Below, piece by piece: positions 34,450 through 46,879 of a stretch of 64,000 nt of DNA. A model generated the notes under the pieces. It saw only the letters and a program-made list of their open reading frames with translations. It ran no database searches and had not been told where the DNA came from. Source of the DNA: Anthoceros angustus (lineage: Eukaryota; Plantae; Anthocerotophyta); NCBI GenBank assembly GCA_010909165.1, contig MU008164.1, positions 248,001-312,000 of the forward strand. Reading direction: 5' to 3'. Position 1 is the first letter of the stretch. Each line of letters opens with the position of its first letter. Position numbers and translations under genes: made by a program.

Positions 34450-36560
34450 GTTGATCGTGTTAGGGAGCGGGCGCTCGGAACGGATTGATCGGCCGAGAAC
34501 CGGCCGAGGCCAGTTAGGCGAGACCGGTTTCTGGGTTCCGTGGCGCCCTGACGAGCCGCTCGCTCTCGGGCACATGCGTATGGGAGCGACGGGGGGCGAG
34601 GTCAGTGGCCGAGACGCCTTACCACTCGACTTCGTAATCGAGGCTGTGAGTGGCGAGGATACATGCAGGTATCTTAGAATTGTTGCTTGCCCCAGCTAAA
34701 TCACGCGCTAGAAGTCTTTTTTCTCTTTCGTAGTTTTCGCATACCTTCGCACTTCGTAGTTTTCAATTTCACTACCATGCTTACGCTTTTTGTCTTTTCA
34801 CGCTTTTGGGATTTATCTTTTCTAACTTTCTTCTCGTTGAAGGGTGTACACGCGATTTCGGATCGCTGCCTCTTGAGAATAATACTTCTTTCTTTGTTCA
34901 TTGTCAGAGTCCAGAAAGTTAATCATTTCGAAAATTTCGTCAGCACTAATATTTCGCAGTAATGGTAAATGTCGACATCGTACATATTAAATTTCACTGT
35001 AAATATGATATACTAACCTCAAATAGTGCAAACAACTCCTTTTGATTCTTGATAACTACAAACAAAAAAGTTAATATTTTACCTCCATTTCAAGTCGAAG
35101 AAGATCTTGTTCAGAATACCTTTCTCACTAATGTGAGGCAATGGCTGTGAAGATTTCCCACACTACGGAAATGTGATTGGACGCTCGCAAAGAGTATCAA
35201 CCTTAGAATTTGCATATTTGGTAAATACCAATATTAATATTTTCCTTGTTTACATACGTAAATTATTCTGAACTAACCTTTTGAATGTTTTTGTAGTTTC
35301 GGATCTTCCATCGAGTCAACAAGTCCGTGGTTTTAGCTCCTTTTTTTCAATGGCTGCTGATATTTCTACATTACCAAAACACAAATTTCATTAGTACTAC
35401 ATAACCGATTCAAGAAACTAAACTAAAAAACAATATAAACCGATAACACTTACTTTTCCGGATCTCCATGTACTGCTCTAGGGTTCTTTGCCGACCCATC
35501 TTCATTGATTACGCTACTGGATCTTTGAGGCTATGTTCCCAAATGGGAACATATCTATTTTAAAATCTTGGAAGACTTGTGGATCTTGAAAGTTATCCAT
35601 CCATTTTCCAAAATCGACAAATTCTTTCGATGGTCCATACGTTGGTGCATTATCTTCTGACTCCTTTTTCCTCTTTTGTCCTTTGAAAAAACAGTATTGT
35701 AAGTTATATACTACTTACAAATATACTAATTATTAATTACAAACATACAACAGCAATTACCTGATGAGAGATGGCTGTGTTGTTGATTTTGTCGTCCATT
35801 GCTTCAATTTTCTCCTTAATTTCCTTAGCTGCAGCAACTTGTTCGAAGAAAACAAATAGTATTTATTATGTAAACAAATACATATAATACGAGTGTTAGT
35901 TGTTTACCTCCAAAATCGATGAATTGAGATCGATGTCCATTAAACCTCGGACCGAGTCATTGTTTCCAACTCTAATTGAGTGTTGTTTGGAGATTCTTCT
36001 TAATATCGTAACCATATACAACTAGTGAGTTGAGATATATGTTCTGCTAGTCCCAGAAGTTAACCAAGTCTTTACCTTTTTAATTTTTTCCGGTTAGGCA
36101 CCGCAAAGGAGCACAAGTCCTTTTGTCCATTGATGTGAACATAGTGTGCTCCGTTAGTACTGTAAGAAAGATATCGAGTTAGAAATGTTCACAGGAGATT
36201 CAATTCAGATAATTGAAATGTATTACCTTTCTCAACTATCTTTCGTATCTCAATGAGAGGGATTTCGAACTTCAGCCTGTCATCATATCCTGGATCCCCA
36301 TGGGTGGGAACATGGTTGTTTGATTGCCAGCTGTTAAGGTTTGTTGGGTCTCTACTATTGTCGTCGCTTTCTCGAAAAACTGTCATTTTAGCCATGGATT
36401 CATCAACCAGAAAATGGATTTGGCGACTGTAGGCAGAAATGATCATTACCTTCTTGGATGTCGACCATTTCATCGTTGCTCTCATTCTCGGATGCCATTC
36501 TGCAATAAAAGCAACGGTCAGGCCAATGTACAAACTTGAACTTTTGGAAATGCAGTGCTA
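34450..36560 (-). pseudogene. Unknown multi-exon 'gene A' (copy 2)
   Basis: About nine exons separated by short GT-AG introns, e.g. GAGAAAG|GTAATA at ~36227, TTCTAAC..TTACAG| at ~36161, AAAAG|GTAAAG at ~36075. First exon MRATMKWSTSKKVMIISAYS...EIRKIVEK is conserved in copy 3. Confidence 0.7.
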
Positions 36561-38509
36561 CCGGAGCCATCGCTTACGCAGTTTCAGACTGGTGCGGCAT
36601 GTTATGCATGCATGCCGTACTCAACTGAGAAAATATACTACGGCAACACAAAGATCGATATGACTTAGCGCTCAAACCGGTTTTCGTCTACGCCTCCGTT
36701 AAGATACTCGATACGACATGCAATACCTCCAACGAATAGTTAGCAAAAACCGGTTAGAAGTAAAATATGTTTATGGACTTTTGAACTTCGCCGAGCGGCT
36801 GGCAAGATGCCGATGCATGCCACCGCTTAACGGCGCATGTTGCGGCATGCCTATAAATACCTCGGCATAAAGTTGACTCGACAAGTTGTTGATCACGACG
36901 CGATGTTGACTCAAACGCTACGACCGACCACCAATGCCGATAGCTACATTTGAACCCGAGGTTTAAAGACAATCGCATGCCTAAAGGTGAACGATGAAGT
37001 CGCACTTCATTTGCATGCGATGACCTCTAAAGGTTGAGACGGTGCGTTAGCCTCAAGCATGCAGTGGCCTCGAGACACTGACGCAGGAGTCACTCTCGAA
37101 TCAGTTACGTCCGGACGATTAAGCGAGATTAAGCGAGATTAAAGAGACAGATTAAGCGAGTATGGCAAATGTCAAGCAGATTAGAGACAACACTATCGAA
37201 GACTTGTTAGCGTTTTCTTGGTCGCCAGATGCGACTTTGAAAGGAAAACCGCAAATCAGAAAGATAAGTTTGGCTACCAGAGCAAACGCTCCTCGATGAC
37301 TTCTTGCAGCGCTGGACTCTGAAGGGGCTATGTGCAGAGGTGTCTCTGAGACTTTCTGCAGCAACAAATCAAGGTAAGAAAGGCAGTTCTTGCAAGCAAA
37401 CTTACAGCAGCGATAACAGGCTATTCACGAGCAAAGGCTGGAAGCAAGAGTGCGCGAGACAGCCGGGTGTTAGCGAGGCTGCAATGAAAGAATAAAGGAG
37501 ACGCGACACGACGTAAGAGTGTTTGACGTCGTACCCACGGAGGACGCCAAGGCGAGACCTCTTGTTGTCTCCTTGGCGGTGGCAAGGCGTGAGCTACAGG
37601 ACGGTGAGTGGAAACCGGCCCGTCGAAAGGGCAATCAAGTATTGACTTGCACACGAGCCCAACTCTTACGCCAAGTTAACCTTCGGCGTTGCGGAGGTAT
37701 CCTGCGTAAACAACAAAACATGAGCATAGGCACAAAGGCAAAGGCGACAAACATGTTCAAAGGCATTCCAAACTCCGCGGCGGTTTTCTCACCTTCTTGC
37801 TAATCGCGAACTGCCTTCAGTAGCGTGCTCTTCACCTGCGAGGTTAGCCAAGTCGGCGCCTGAGGTATGTACTTCACGGCCGTCGCCAGAACCAAGGCGA
37901 GGTAGCCAAGCCTGTGCATGTTTGCTCGAGGGCGTTCTGAGTCGAAACTCGCTATTCACTGAGAAAAGAGACAATGCTGGGCGGCGTGGTGGGCGGTAGG
38001 CGCTCGGTGAAGGCAGCACCTTTGCTGCTGCGAGGTGGGCAATGGGCGTAGATAAGAGAAAGGAGGCGTGGCTTCATGGGGGCGGGTGAGGCGAGGGTAG
38101 GGAAAGGAATCCAGAGCTGGCTGACTATGGAACACGGCGAAGAGGACCCGGTGGGCGCGTACATGGGGCGAGGATGACGGCTCGGCGGCGTGCGGGCGTA
38201 GAAGAAAGAGGAGCCCGCGGGCGGGTGGGCGATGAAAGTAGGTCCGAGGCGTGAGTGCTCGTTAAATAGTCCGAGTTAGGGTTCGGATGCTTGAAGAGTC
38301 CGTAGGCGTGTTCATTGGCCAGGTTCGTTTTACGCCCGCCTTTAAGAGGTTCTAAACAAGGTTAGGTGTTGCATGGCTAGTGGAACAAGGTGACTAGGTT
38401 TGGTTGAGGAGGGCGCGCGCTGGCATGATCTAAGCGGTTTAGTCCGCTCAGAGGGTTAGGTTTGGTTTTTTCAACTGCTCGGTAGAGAGAAGTGGCGTGA
38501 AGCAGTGAG

Positions 38510-38540
38510 AAGGTTAGGTTTGGTGGCCTATATAAGCGGG
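38510..38540 (+). promoter_or_regulatory. Candidate TATA box with telo-box-like TAGG(G)TTT motifs upstream of the recombinase region
   Basis: GGTTAGGTTT..CTATATAAGCGGG at 38513-38540; same arrangement at 57557-57585 and 59177-59207. Confidence 0.45.
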
Positions 38541-38549
38541 TTCACGGAC

Positions 38550-40000
38550 AGCTTTGGCCTTTAAGCTGGTGCGGCTTCCGAGGCGGGGACCCAGGCCCCA
38601 CCGCCCGCTTTGGCTGCGCTTCTGCTGCATCCCTCCCTTCTACTCCCTTCTCTTTCCCTATGTCCCTACGCACATGCCATTTCACGTCCGATTTCCAAGG
38701 TTGTTTTACAGTTTCAAGTTTCTTTCATTCTGGCTTTTGTCCGAGGGCCAAGGCGTTTGGTTTCTCAGTCGTTGCGGTCCGAGGGCCAAGGTGCCTTTTC
38801 GTTTTCGCTATCAAGGCGCTTCTTGTAAGGCCGAGTTCTGTTCCCAGCTCTTGCCCTGTTTTTAGTTCTTTGCTTCGTCGCAATCGTTGTTTCTCCTCCT
38901 ACCGTCTTGTGGTGTTTGCATCTGGTGGCTCTGTCTTTGTTATCTTGCGTCTTCTATAGTTGGTCAGAGTCCGTTTCCAAGGTTTTTGTTGATGTGCTTT
39001 CGACGGCCGAGGAGTTCTGGTTTCGATGTTCCTTAGTTTACGCTTCTGGTGTCTTTCTATGTTATACGCTTTATGCTTTCTGGTCCGAAGGTCAAGGTCT
39101 TCTTTGTGTTTTAAGGTTTCTTTCATTGTTGCTTTTGTCCGAGGGCCAAGGGTTTTGCTTTCTTCGTTGTTGTTGTCCGAAGGCCAAGGTGTATTGTCGT
39201 CACCACTGTGCATTCGTTTCTTTAAAGGACTTAATTGTCTAGCACTCGTTTTGTTCTTGCCTTCCATTTGATTTACAAGTAGCGTGCGTTCATTAAATGC
39301 GCCGTCTTGCTTATTTGCTCGTGTTCATCTGCTTTCCGCTGGCTTATGTTTGTAGGTCATCGCCACTACCACGTTGTGCTTACGGTAAGTGCTGTTGTTT
39401 GTGCGCTTTGTGTGAACAAGTTGTTTCGTGGCATTCTTGACTTTCAGTGCTTGTTTCTTGTGGTGTTTGGCCTCAAATGTTAATGTGCTATTCCCCTTGA
39501 TCCTTTTGTCGTTACCTTAAACGTTCAAGACACACACGTGAAGTGCCTTGGATGACAGGAGTAATATCTTGTCGTCGGTTTTGTCTTGTGTTTTCATCTG
39601 TCTCTGTTTTGATTTTCTCTATATCCTGCTATGTTGTTTTTAATCGATCATGTTTTTTGATCGTTGTTGTTTGTCTTCGTCTAGCTCACATGTCTGTTGG
39701 TGTTTTTTGGCTAGTGTTCTCGTCGGCGGGGTGTCTGACTGTTTCTATGTTTTATCTCCATTGCTGCTATTCTTCTTTTGAAGTAATATTTGCTCTCTCC
39801 GATGCGAAGGCATCGAGCCTTGAGGATAACTGATCGTTGGCCTGTTTGACTATTGTATCTGATTAGCTGCTTTTCTCAAAGTGTTGCAGAAATTGTTGTC
39901 TGCTTATGCATTTATTAACGCTTTGTTTACGGGACGCCCGAGTCCTTTGTTGCGTGTTATTCTTTCTTTCGTTCCTTTGTTTGGTTCGTTTGTCATCCAG
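38550..40000. repeat. T-rich degenerate repeat region with recurrent CCGAGGGCCAAGG
   Basis: At least six CCGA(G/A)GGCCAAGG motifs at 38740-39190; an expanded homologue lies at 59250-61280. Confidence 0.7.
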
Positions 40001-41599
40001 TTCTGTTACTTATGCTCTTGTTTTCCATGCAGAAGAGCTTGCGTTCTTCCATGCATCTTCGCCATTGGGCAGTTCATTTTGAAGGTATTTGCCTTATTCA
40101 ATTGAGTTGTTCACATTGTCTGTGCCAGACAATAATTTGTGTATATGGTTTGACAAGTTGCAGTCGATTCTTTGGTTATCGTTCGGTTTCCTTCATGATG
40201 CGCGCCACCGCTTGTCCGCCTCAAGGGAAGGTAGTTAAGTAAATGTCTTCTTGCCGCCACCGCCCGGGTCACGCTTGTTAGTCACCGTCACGCTTTGTTA
40301 GTCACTATCTGGGTCACGCTTGTCTGGGTCAACGTTTGATTTGATGTGTGTTTAGTTTAGTTTTCTTCGTGTGACATTTTGTTCTTGTTGATTATATCAT
40401 AGGGGTACTCATGTTTGCTATTTTTATGCTGTGTTCTTTGTTAACTTTGTCTGTAACTATCGTGATTGTCTGTTTCTGCCTTGTGGTTTGTTCTGTTTGG
40501 TCATGGTTGGTGTTGCTTGGGTCCAAATTTGTTTCTATTGCGCTGCTGTGTTAGTTGTACGGGATTCTGTCTGGGACCTCTTGTTTAATATTGTTTTGCT
40601 GACTGTTGCAGACCAGCCCACGCCTCCAGAAAATTCTTAGGGGTGTTCAGGATTTTGGTAAGTGATGTGTATACCCTTGCCTTTTGTGTTTTGTCCTTCA
40701 GTTTCTGTTCTTCAGACAAAATGTCTGCTCCTCATTAAGATCGTTTCTGTGTAGGCAAAACAGGTCATCGTGTGAAGGGCTGGCCTGCCAACATTCTAAT
40801 TCTGGTCTGTCTGTGAATCAGGATAACCGTTTGCCTGAGTTTGAAGTTCCGGGTGTTTCTTCAGGCTGTGTCTGACTGATCAAGGCTCTGGTTGTGTCCT
40901 GGGGCTAACATTCTATATTCTTGTGTCATTAATATTTCAGTTGCCAGAAAAGAGTGTTTCAGGAAGTATGTGGGGTTTGTTAAAAATGGAAGTTTCGCTC
41001 ACTAATCGAAAGTGGAAGGGATCTCAAAAATTTAACTAATGTGTATAGATCAAAGGATGTGTCTCTGCAATATCTCCCACAGCCCTGTCCTTCTTTTGGA
41101 TTGTGTTATAATCAACTTTTAGACCCTTCAGCAGGTTCTCATTTGGAAGCATTCATCTCCATGTAAGTCTTTTCATGTTGGTTTTTGCAAGTTCATTAAC
41201 TGGTTCGGATGTTTTTTTGTGTTTTGACATACTGGTGCTTTGCGATGGTACCCAAAAGAAACCCATCAGCTCTTGGACCGGGAAAACAAGGGTCCTCGGT
41301 CAAGTCATGGCTAATACAGACACTAGACAAATGGCGTCCCGCTCCACCGCAACTCATCCACCGCAGGATGATGGTAAAGTTGATGGTGTCTTGGTGCACA
41401 AAGGAAGGAACATATTTAGTTCCAAAAAGGCATTCCTAAACCGCCAAGGCACTTCTCATCCAAGAAGGATGCTTTCGACGTGGCAGGTGAGTTTTGTGCG
41501 AAGAGGAGAAGGGTGGACACTGACTGTGGCATTGGTTGAAGGTCCTCTTCGAGATTACTAACTATGTCCCAGTTGTCTCGAGAGAGAGGGGTCCGGTTT

Positions 41600-43700
41600 G
41601 TGGGTGAGAATGATTTCTTGATAACGATTGATCCCATGGTTGTGAGTGCCAAGCCTGCGAGTCTAGAGATTTGTGTCTGCTCAACAAGATGCTTTACAGT
41701 GGCTTTTCCATGCACTGTTTGTGGTTCCCGACCGAGTCATCCCCGATCAAGAAGTGCTCGATATGTTTGAGAGGCTAAAGTGTCTGGTCCCAAGATGACT
41801 TTGCCATGGGTATGGAGGAAATTGATGATGAAGTAATTTCGAGAGCAGGATTTGACCCACAGTCCCAGAGGGAGTGTGAATGATGCTTTGAGTGGTGGGG
41901 AGGATAGGTCCGGGTCAATAACCGTGTCAAGTCGCCTGTGGCCTTTATGAAAGTGAGTGGGGTGATGGGATACTGCTTGAGGATATCCTCACAAGGATCG
42001 AATCTTATTCGATATCCTTTTTCCATCAAGTTCGAATCAAGGACAATGCAGATTTTCTCCGTAACGAAGTTGATGTTCTTACTTGTTGATTTTGATACCT
42101 TTTTGAGCCCCGCCTTTGAGCATTGATGATCTCGTGAAAGAATCGGATCATCACCGAAATCAACTTCACCTCTTTTCGACATGACACAATCCGTTGGTCC
42201 TTCATTATGGACGCAACCATACCATGGAATTCCATGAAACATGGATTATCGAACATCGAAGGATTTTGTCATGATCGTTAAAATTCGAAACCCATGATGA
42301 GACATCACCGCACAAGTGAGATGCAATGCTCATGTGAAGGAATATTGTTGGTTTTGGGGTGCACTTTGATTGTTCATTTATGGTCTTTAAACGGAGCCCT
42401 TATGCCTATATTGTTTGCGTGTGTGCATATTTTGCATGACTAGGTTTGGAGTTCGAGGTGGTGAAGAGTTACATAACCCGCTCATTAGGACTTCTCATTT
42501 TCATGATTCAGGACCTTTTGTTCAAGATGTTTAGTTTTTGTTTTCTTTTGTTTGATGTTTTGATGTGTATCAGAGCTCGTCTTCATTTGCGTGTATGAAC
42601 GGCTTTCAAAAATTACAAAGTGGACATGAAGAATTACCAGAGTGAGCATACAAAAGGTCAAGATCTACGAAAGGATGTTATCGAAACTTTAAAGTCAAGT
42701 ATTGATCACTCTCCCAAGTGGTCCGCACATAACAAAATCACAATCTGTTTCTCTTCAATTCAACCATTGATAACCCAAGATCAATGTAAGTTTTGGTTTA
42801 TTGGGCTTAAGTTTTGTGGTTTGTATTTACTAACTATTTGTTGTTTTTGTTTAGGCAGGCAAAACTTCGTGTTTCAAAAGGAATGTCAAGGTTTATGAAG
42901 ACCATGGTGAAGCAATTGGGCTTGTTGCCATTACACCAATAAGAGCCGTGTAACAATGATTACACGTTGACGATGGCTCGTGCCCTCGATGCCGAGAAGT
43001 GTGACTGGCCAAAGCGGACCTTTTGTTCGAGGGTGTAGTCTTTTGTTTTATTGTTGTTTGATGTTTTGATGTATCAGATTGAGCTCCTCTCATTTGTATG
43101 AAGAACATTCAAAAATTACAAAGTGGATATGAAGAATTACCAGAGTGAGCATTTTCAAAAGGTCAAGATCTGAAAAGGACGCCATCGAAACCTTTAAAGT
43201 CATTGATCACTCTCCCAAGTGGTCTCGCACATGACAAGAATTTGTCAATTCAGGGTTTCTCTTCAATTCAACCATTGATAACCCAAGATCCAAATGTAAG
43301 TTTTGGTTTATTGGGCTTGAGTTTTGTGGTTTGTATTTACTAAGCTTGTTTTTGTTGTTTTTGTTAGGCTTGGTATGCAAAACTTCGTGTTTCAAAAGGA
43401 ATGTCAAGGTTTATGAAGACCATGGTCAAGCAATTGGGCTATACTACACCAATAAGAGCTGTGTAACGATGATTACACGCTTGACGATGGCTCGTGCCCT
43501 CGATGCCGGGAAGTGTGACCGGCCATAAAACGGATCTGGATTTTCAAGGTAATATGTTTTGAAAGCTTGTGACATTTGAGTCCTTTGTGTTCCTTGTCGA
43601 TGCCTGATGTTTTGGGATATGACCTCGGTCAAAAACAGTACCGCAAAGAAGAGTTCTTGTTCCCGGTGAACGACGATCTTATCGGAGCTTTTAAATGAAG
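41600..43700 (+). pseudogene. Crypton-like tyrosine recombinase, spliced (copy 1; one exon inverted, ~0.5-kb tandem duplication)
   Basis: FGVRGGEELHN at 42445-42477; SKNYKVDMKNY; YTNKS(C)RVTMITRL at 43445; VTGHKT at 43515-43532. The 5' limit is approximate. Confidence 0.8.
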
Positions 43701-45333
43701 AACTCAATCGGAGAGGATGATTTAAGGGTGTTCTTCCACAACGGTTGAATGTAACTCAAAATAGTATTTTCGAGTCACCAAGATCGCCCTTGCAAGTGCA
43801 ACACGTTAATAATGTAAGTGTTTGAGATTTGTTGCAAGTATGTAGGGACTTGTGTCAAAATCGTGTCGACTTGTTTTGATTTGTGTGTTACTTCGTGGCT
43901 ACCCCGTTATTCATCATGAAAGGCACTGAACAATGTTGGGACTGAATCGAGTTTTTCTCGCACCATGTGGTCCACGTGTCTTGAAGTTCAAAGTTGGTAT
44001 TGTGAAGTTTCTTTGTTGTAGTCCGCCATGTTAGTTTTTAATCATACTTGGTTTTTGTTTTACCGGCGGTGTACCTTAAAGCGTTGCCAAGGCATCCAGA
44101 TGGATACTAGCACAACCGGGGTGTTCTAGTGAAATTCCATATGTTGACAAGGTTGATTCTTTGTCTTGTTTGTTGTTTTCACTTTTGGAGTTTCGATTGT
44201 GTTCTTCTTGGCGATTGTGAATCCGACTAGTGTAAGCGACCTTGTCCCTCATTTCAACATTGATACCGAGGGAAGTCGATGCAAGGTCCTCGTTGAGGCA
44301 TTGTGCAGTGAGTGTGATCACCATCCGGTTAACCAGATGTAAATGGCCGTGGTAGCACCTCCGATATCGACAGGCACGCGAGTCTCAAAATGAAATGGAA
44401 GTGGCTTTGAGCGGCTTGACTCTGCCTCTCCGAATCCGAACGTGGACAACGACCATTAATCAAACAGAATTGGAGTTTCAACGGCATAAGGATTTGGAGG
44501 TTTATAGAGAGACAAAGGCGGTGCGCTTGAATTACGAGTTCTAAGCAAAGAGAGAAAGCCCTTGAGATTCGAGAGAGGAGAAAGAGAGGAGAGCAAAGAG
44601 TTAGCAAAAGGAAAAAAAAGAAAAAAGATGTTTCAATATTGCGAAAAAAGCATGCTTATGATTTTGCTATTGAAAATCGAGATATGTATTGTTTGATTGA
44701 AAATTTGTGTTTTATTAGGTTGTGACCTTGAGAGTCAATTTCTCCTCATCAATTGGTTGCCAATTATGATAATCTTGTACAAGTACCAATCAAGCCAAGT
44801 GGTCGTGAAAATTACATTTTCAATCTGTATAATTGTACGAAATTTCCCAAAATAAGGTGAGTATAAATATTTTTATTCTTAGTGTTTACTAGTAGCATTG
44901 CACAGTTTGGGTGCTAATTTTTGTTTTGTTTGTAGGTTTCTTGTTGAAAGCAGAGTTCACTCTATACGGTATTTACTCTTCATTAGTTGAATTCAGATTA
45001 CGCTATTCTGACATAACAGAAACTCCGCAAAGAAAAGGTTTCTTGTTGGTTTTTGTATATCCCGATCCGCATGAATATTATTTAACAGAAAATGTTTTCA
45101 CGATTAGCGATTTTGGTGGGATGTCTAGAATGAGCTTCTACTAGACGCCTCGGTATTCACTTGGTCGCCATGTTTTCTACTCTAGTGCCTCGCTTTTCCA
45201 CCTTGATGGTAGATCATATTCACCCCACTTGGCATGTTTTCACTATATTGTAATGAATTTTAATTGTCTTGGGTAAAATAATGACCAAAAGGTCGATCTC
45301 TCTAAAAATTCACCGCACTACCCAAAAAAAATC

Positions 45334-45364
45334 AATCGCGGCCGAGGCCCCGCAGGCCGCGATT
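45334..45364. other. 10-bp GC-rich hairpin
   Basis: AATCGCGGCC-(11 nt)-GGCCGCGATT in an AT-rich spacer about 250 bp upstream of M4. Confidence 0.6.
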
Positions 45365-45611
45365 TTACGCCACATCCGCATAAAGATTTTGCTCGGATCG
45401 AGGTGCAATTCATTTGCGTGTTGAGCGAGAATACCCGAGCACTCGACACCGTAAGATATAGCGAAATTTCAACCGTATTTAATCACATTGTAAGTACACA
45501 ATGTATTGTCCGCTTCCGAGTTAGCAAGTGCGCATATTAGTTTGCGCGTCCGCGTTGCACCTATGAGCGTCTCCATCTGCGGAACCAAGCGGTGAAGAGT
45601 ACAAAGAGAAG

Positions 45612-46400
45612 ATGATACCCGATAGCTTCAAGAGCACATCAATGCGGCAAGAAATTGGAAGAGGGTGGAAGATTGGAGAGAGTCAAGAGGAAGACAACGA
45701 CGCAAAACTAGACATTTTCCATGTTCGAAAAGCAAGCAAAGGTCCGTTACGGGTAATAGCGGTGATATTCGTGAAATGGCTGCCTACTTGGGGAAAAGAG
45801 AATACAAGTGTTGGTCGTCGATTTACCATGGGGCAAATCGGAGACATGGGATAAGGAGATGACATGTGAGGATATGGAGAAGATAATGGATGGATTCATG
45901 ACAATCACGAATGCAAGACTTTCGCGTGATATTTATGCATGGACGAGACGGATGCGGGATGTCCGAAATGCCTGCGAAAATGGTGTGAAAAGGGGGTTTA
46001 TACAATGGTGCAGGAGAAAGACAATTTGGTCTCGGACGAGGACTTTCTGAGAACTGCGAGTACATGTGTGGGGTATGGTGTTCACCCAACTGAAGATATG
46101 AGGTCACGGTGCATTGTCCAATAGTCGGTAGAGATTGGAGCAATGCTGCGTTTATTTGACATAAGCGCGATCGTGAAGAAACTTTTGAATGTGTCCAACG
46201 ATGGCCATGTTGTTTCTCCTTACCAAAAGCCAATAGGGTTGATGGTCCCTATCGACCTATTCACGTAAAGAGGGAATGGGTTATAGATGGATGCTCGAAG
46301 CGGAGTGGAATACTGCGGCATTATCGGAAGGGCGGAACTGATTGGTCTGTTGACCAAGAAAGAGGAGCAATATTCATCGAATGCTGTATTATAGGCCATG
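45612..46400 (+). pseudogene. M4: divergent beta-class amino-methyltransferase
   Basis: DIREMAAYLGKREYK(V)LVVDLPWG (DLPW at 45820-45831), then VVSPYQKPIGLM (46215) and EWVIDGCS (46274). Motif order IV...X-I; frameshifted. Confidence 0.78.
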
Positions 46401-46879
46401 AAGTGTCGTACAACACTATAATATTCATACGGCGGAATTATGTAAGTTATGAAAAAATTGCCGCCGCTTGGTACTTTTCATCTGATTACTAATTCACGAC
46501 AAACACCGCTTTTGAAAGCACTGCCGTGCTGCTAATCATTGATTGGGATTTCAATTTTGTCTCCAAGTTGTTTGAAATGAGGGTGCTAAGGTGAAGGGAG
46601 ACGTCGCTCACAAACGACAATGCTCAGTTATAAGTAGAGTACGTCCGTTCAGATATATTCAAAATAGGCCTCATGGCCAGACACATAACAACTTAGTACT
46701 GGAAGATCCGGGATGACAGCAACTCCAAGGACAGCGCCCCCTACGACATACCGAAAATGTTTTGGCCACCTAAGGAAGTTCAGGGTCCGAAGATTCAACT
46801 GCACACAAACCGGCTACACTATCGGGAACTAAGGTCACGTTTCTAAGACGTTTTTGTCCGCCTTCTCCGAAAGTGTCAA

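Noticed and set aside
38554-40900. Hydrophobic F/L/V/C-rich 'membrane protein' ORFs (also 59-61.6 kb)
   Set aside because: They result from T-rich strand bias in a repeat region, and the frames are not conserved between the two copies.
41300-41420. TET/JBP or 2OG-Fe(II) dioxygenase from a minus-strand HQD motif
   Set aside because: No distal His/Arg motif was found, and the plus strand better explains the region as the recombinase 5' part.
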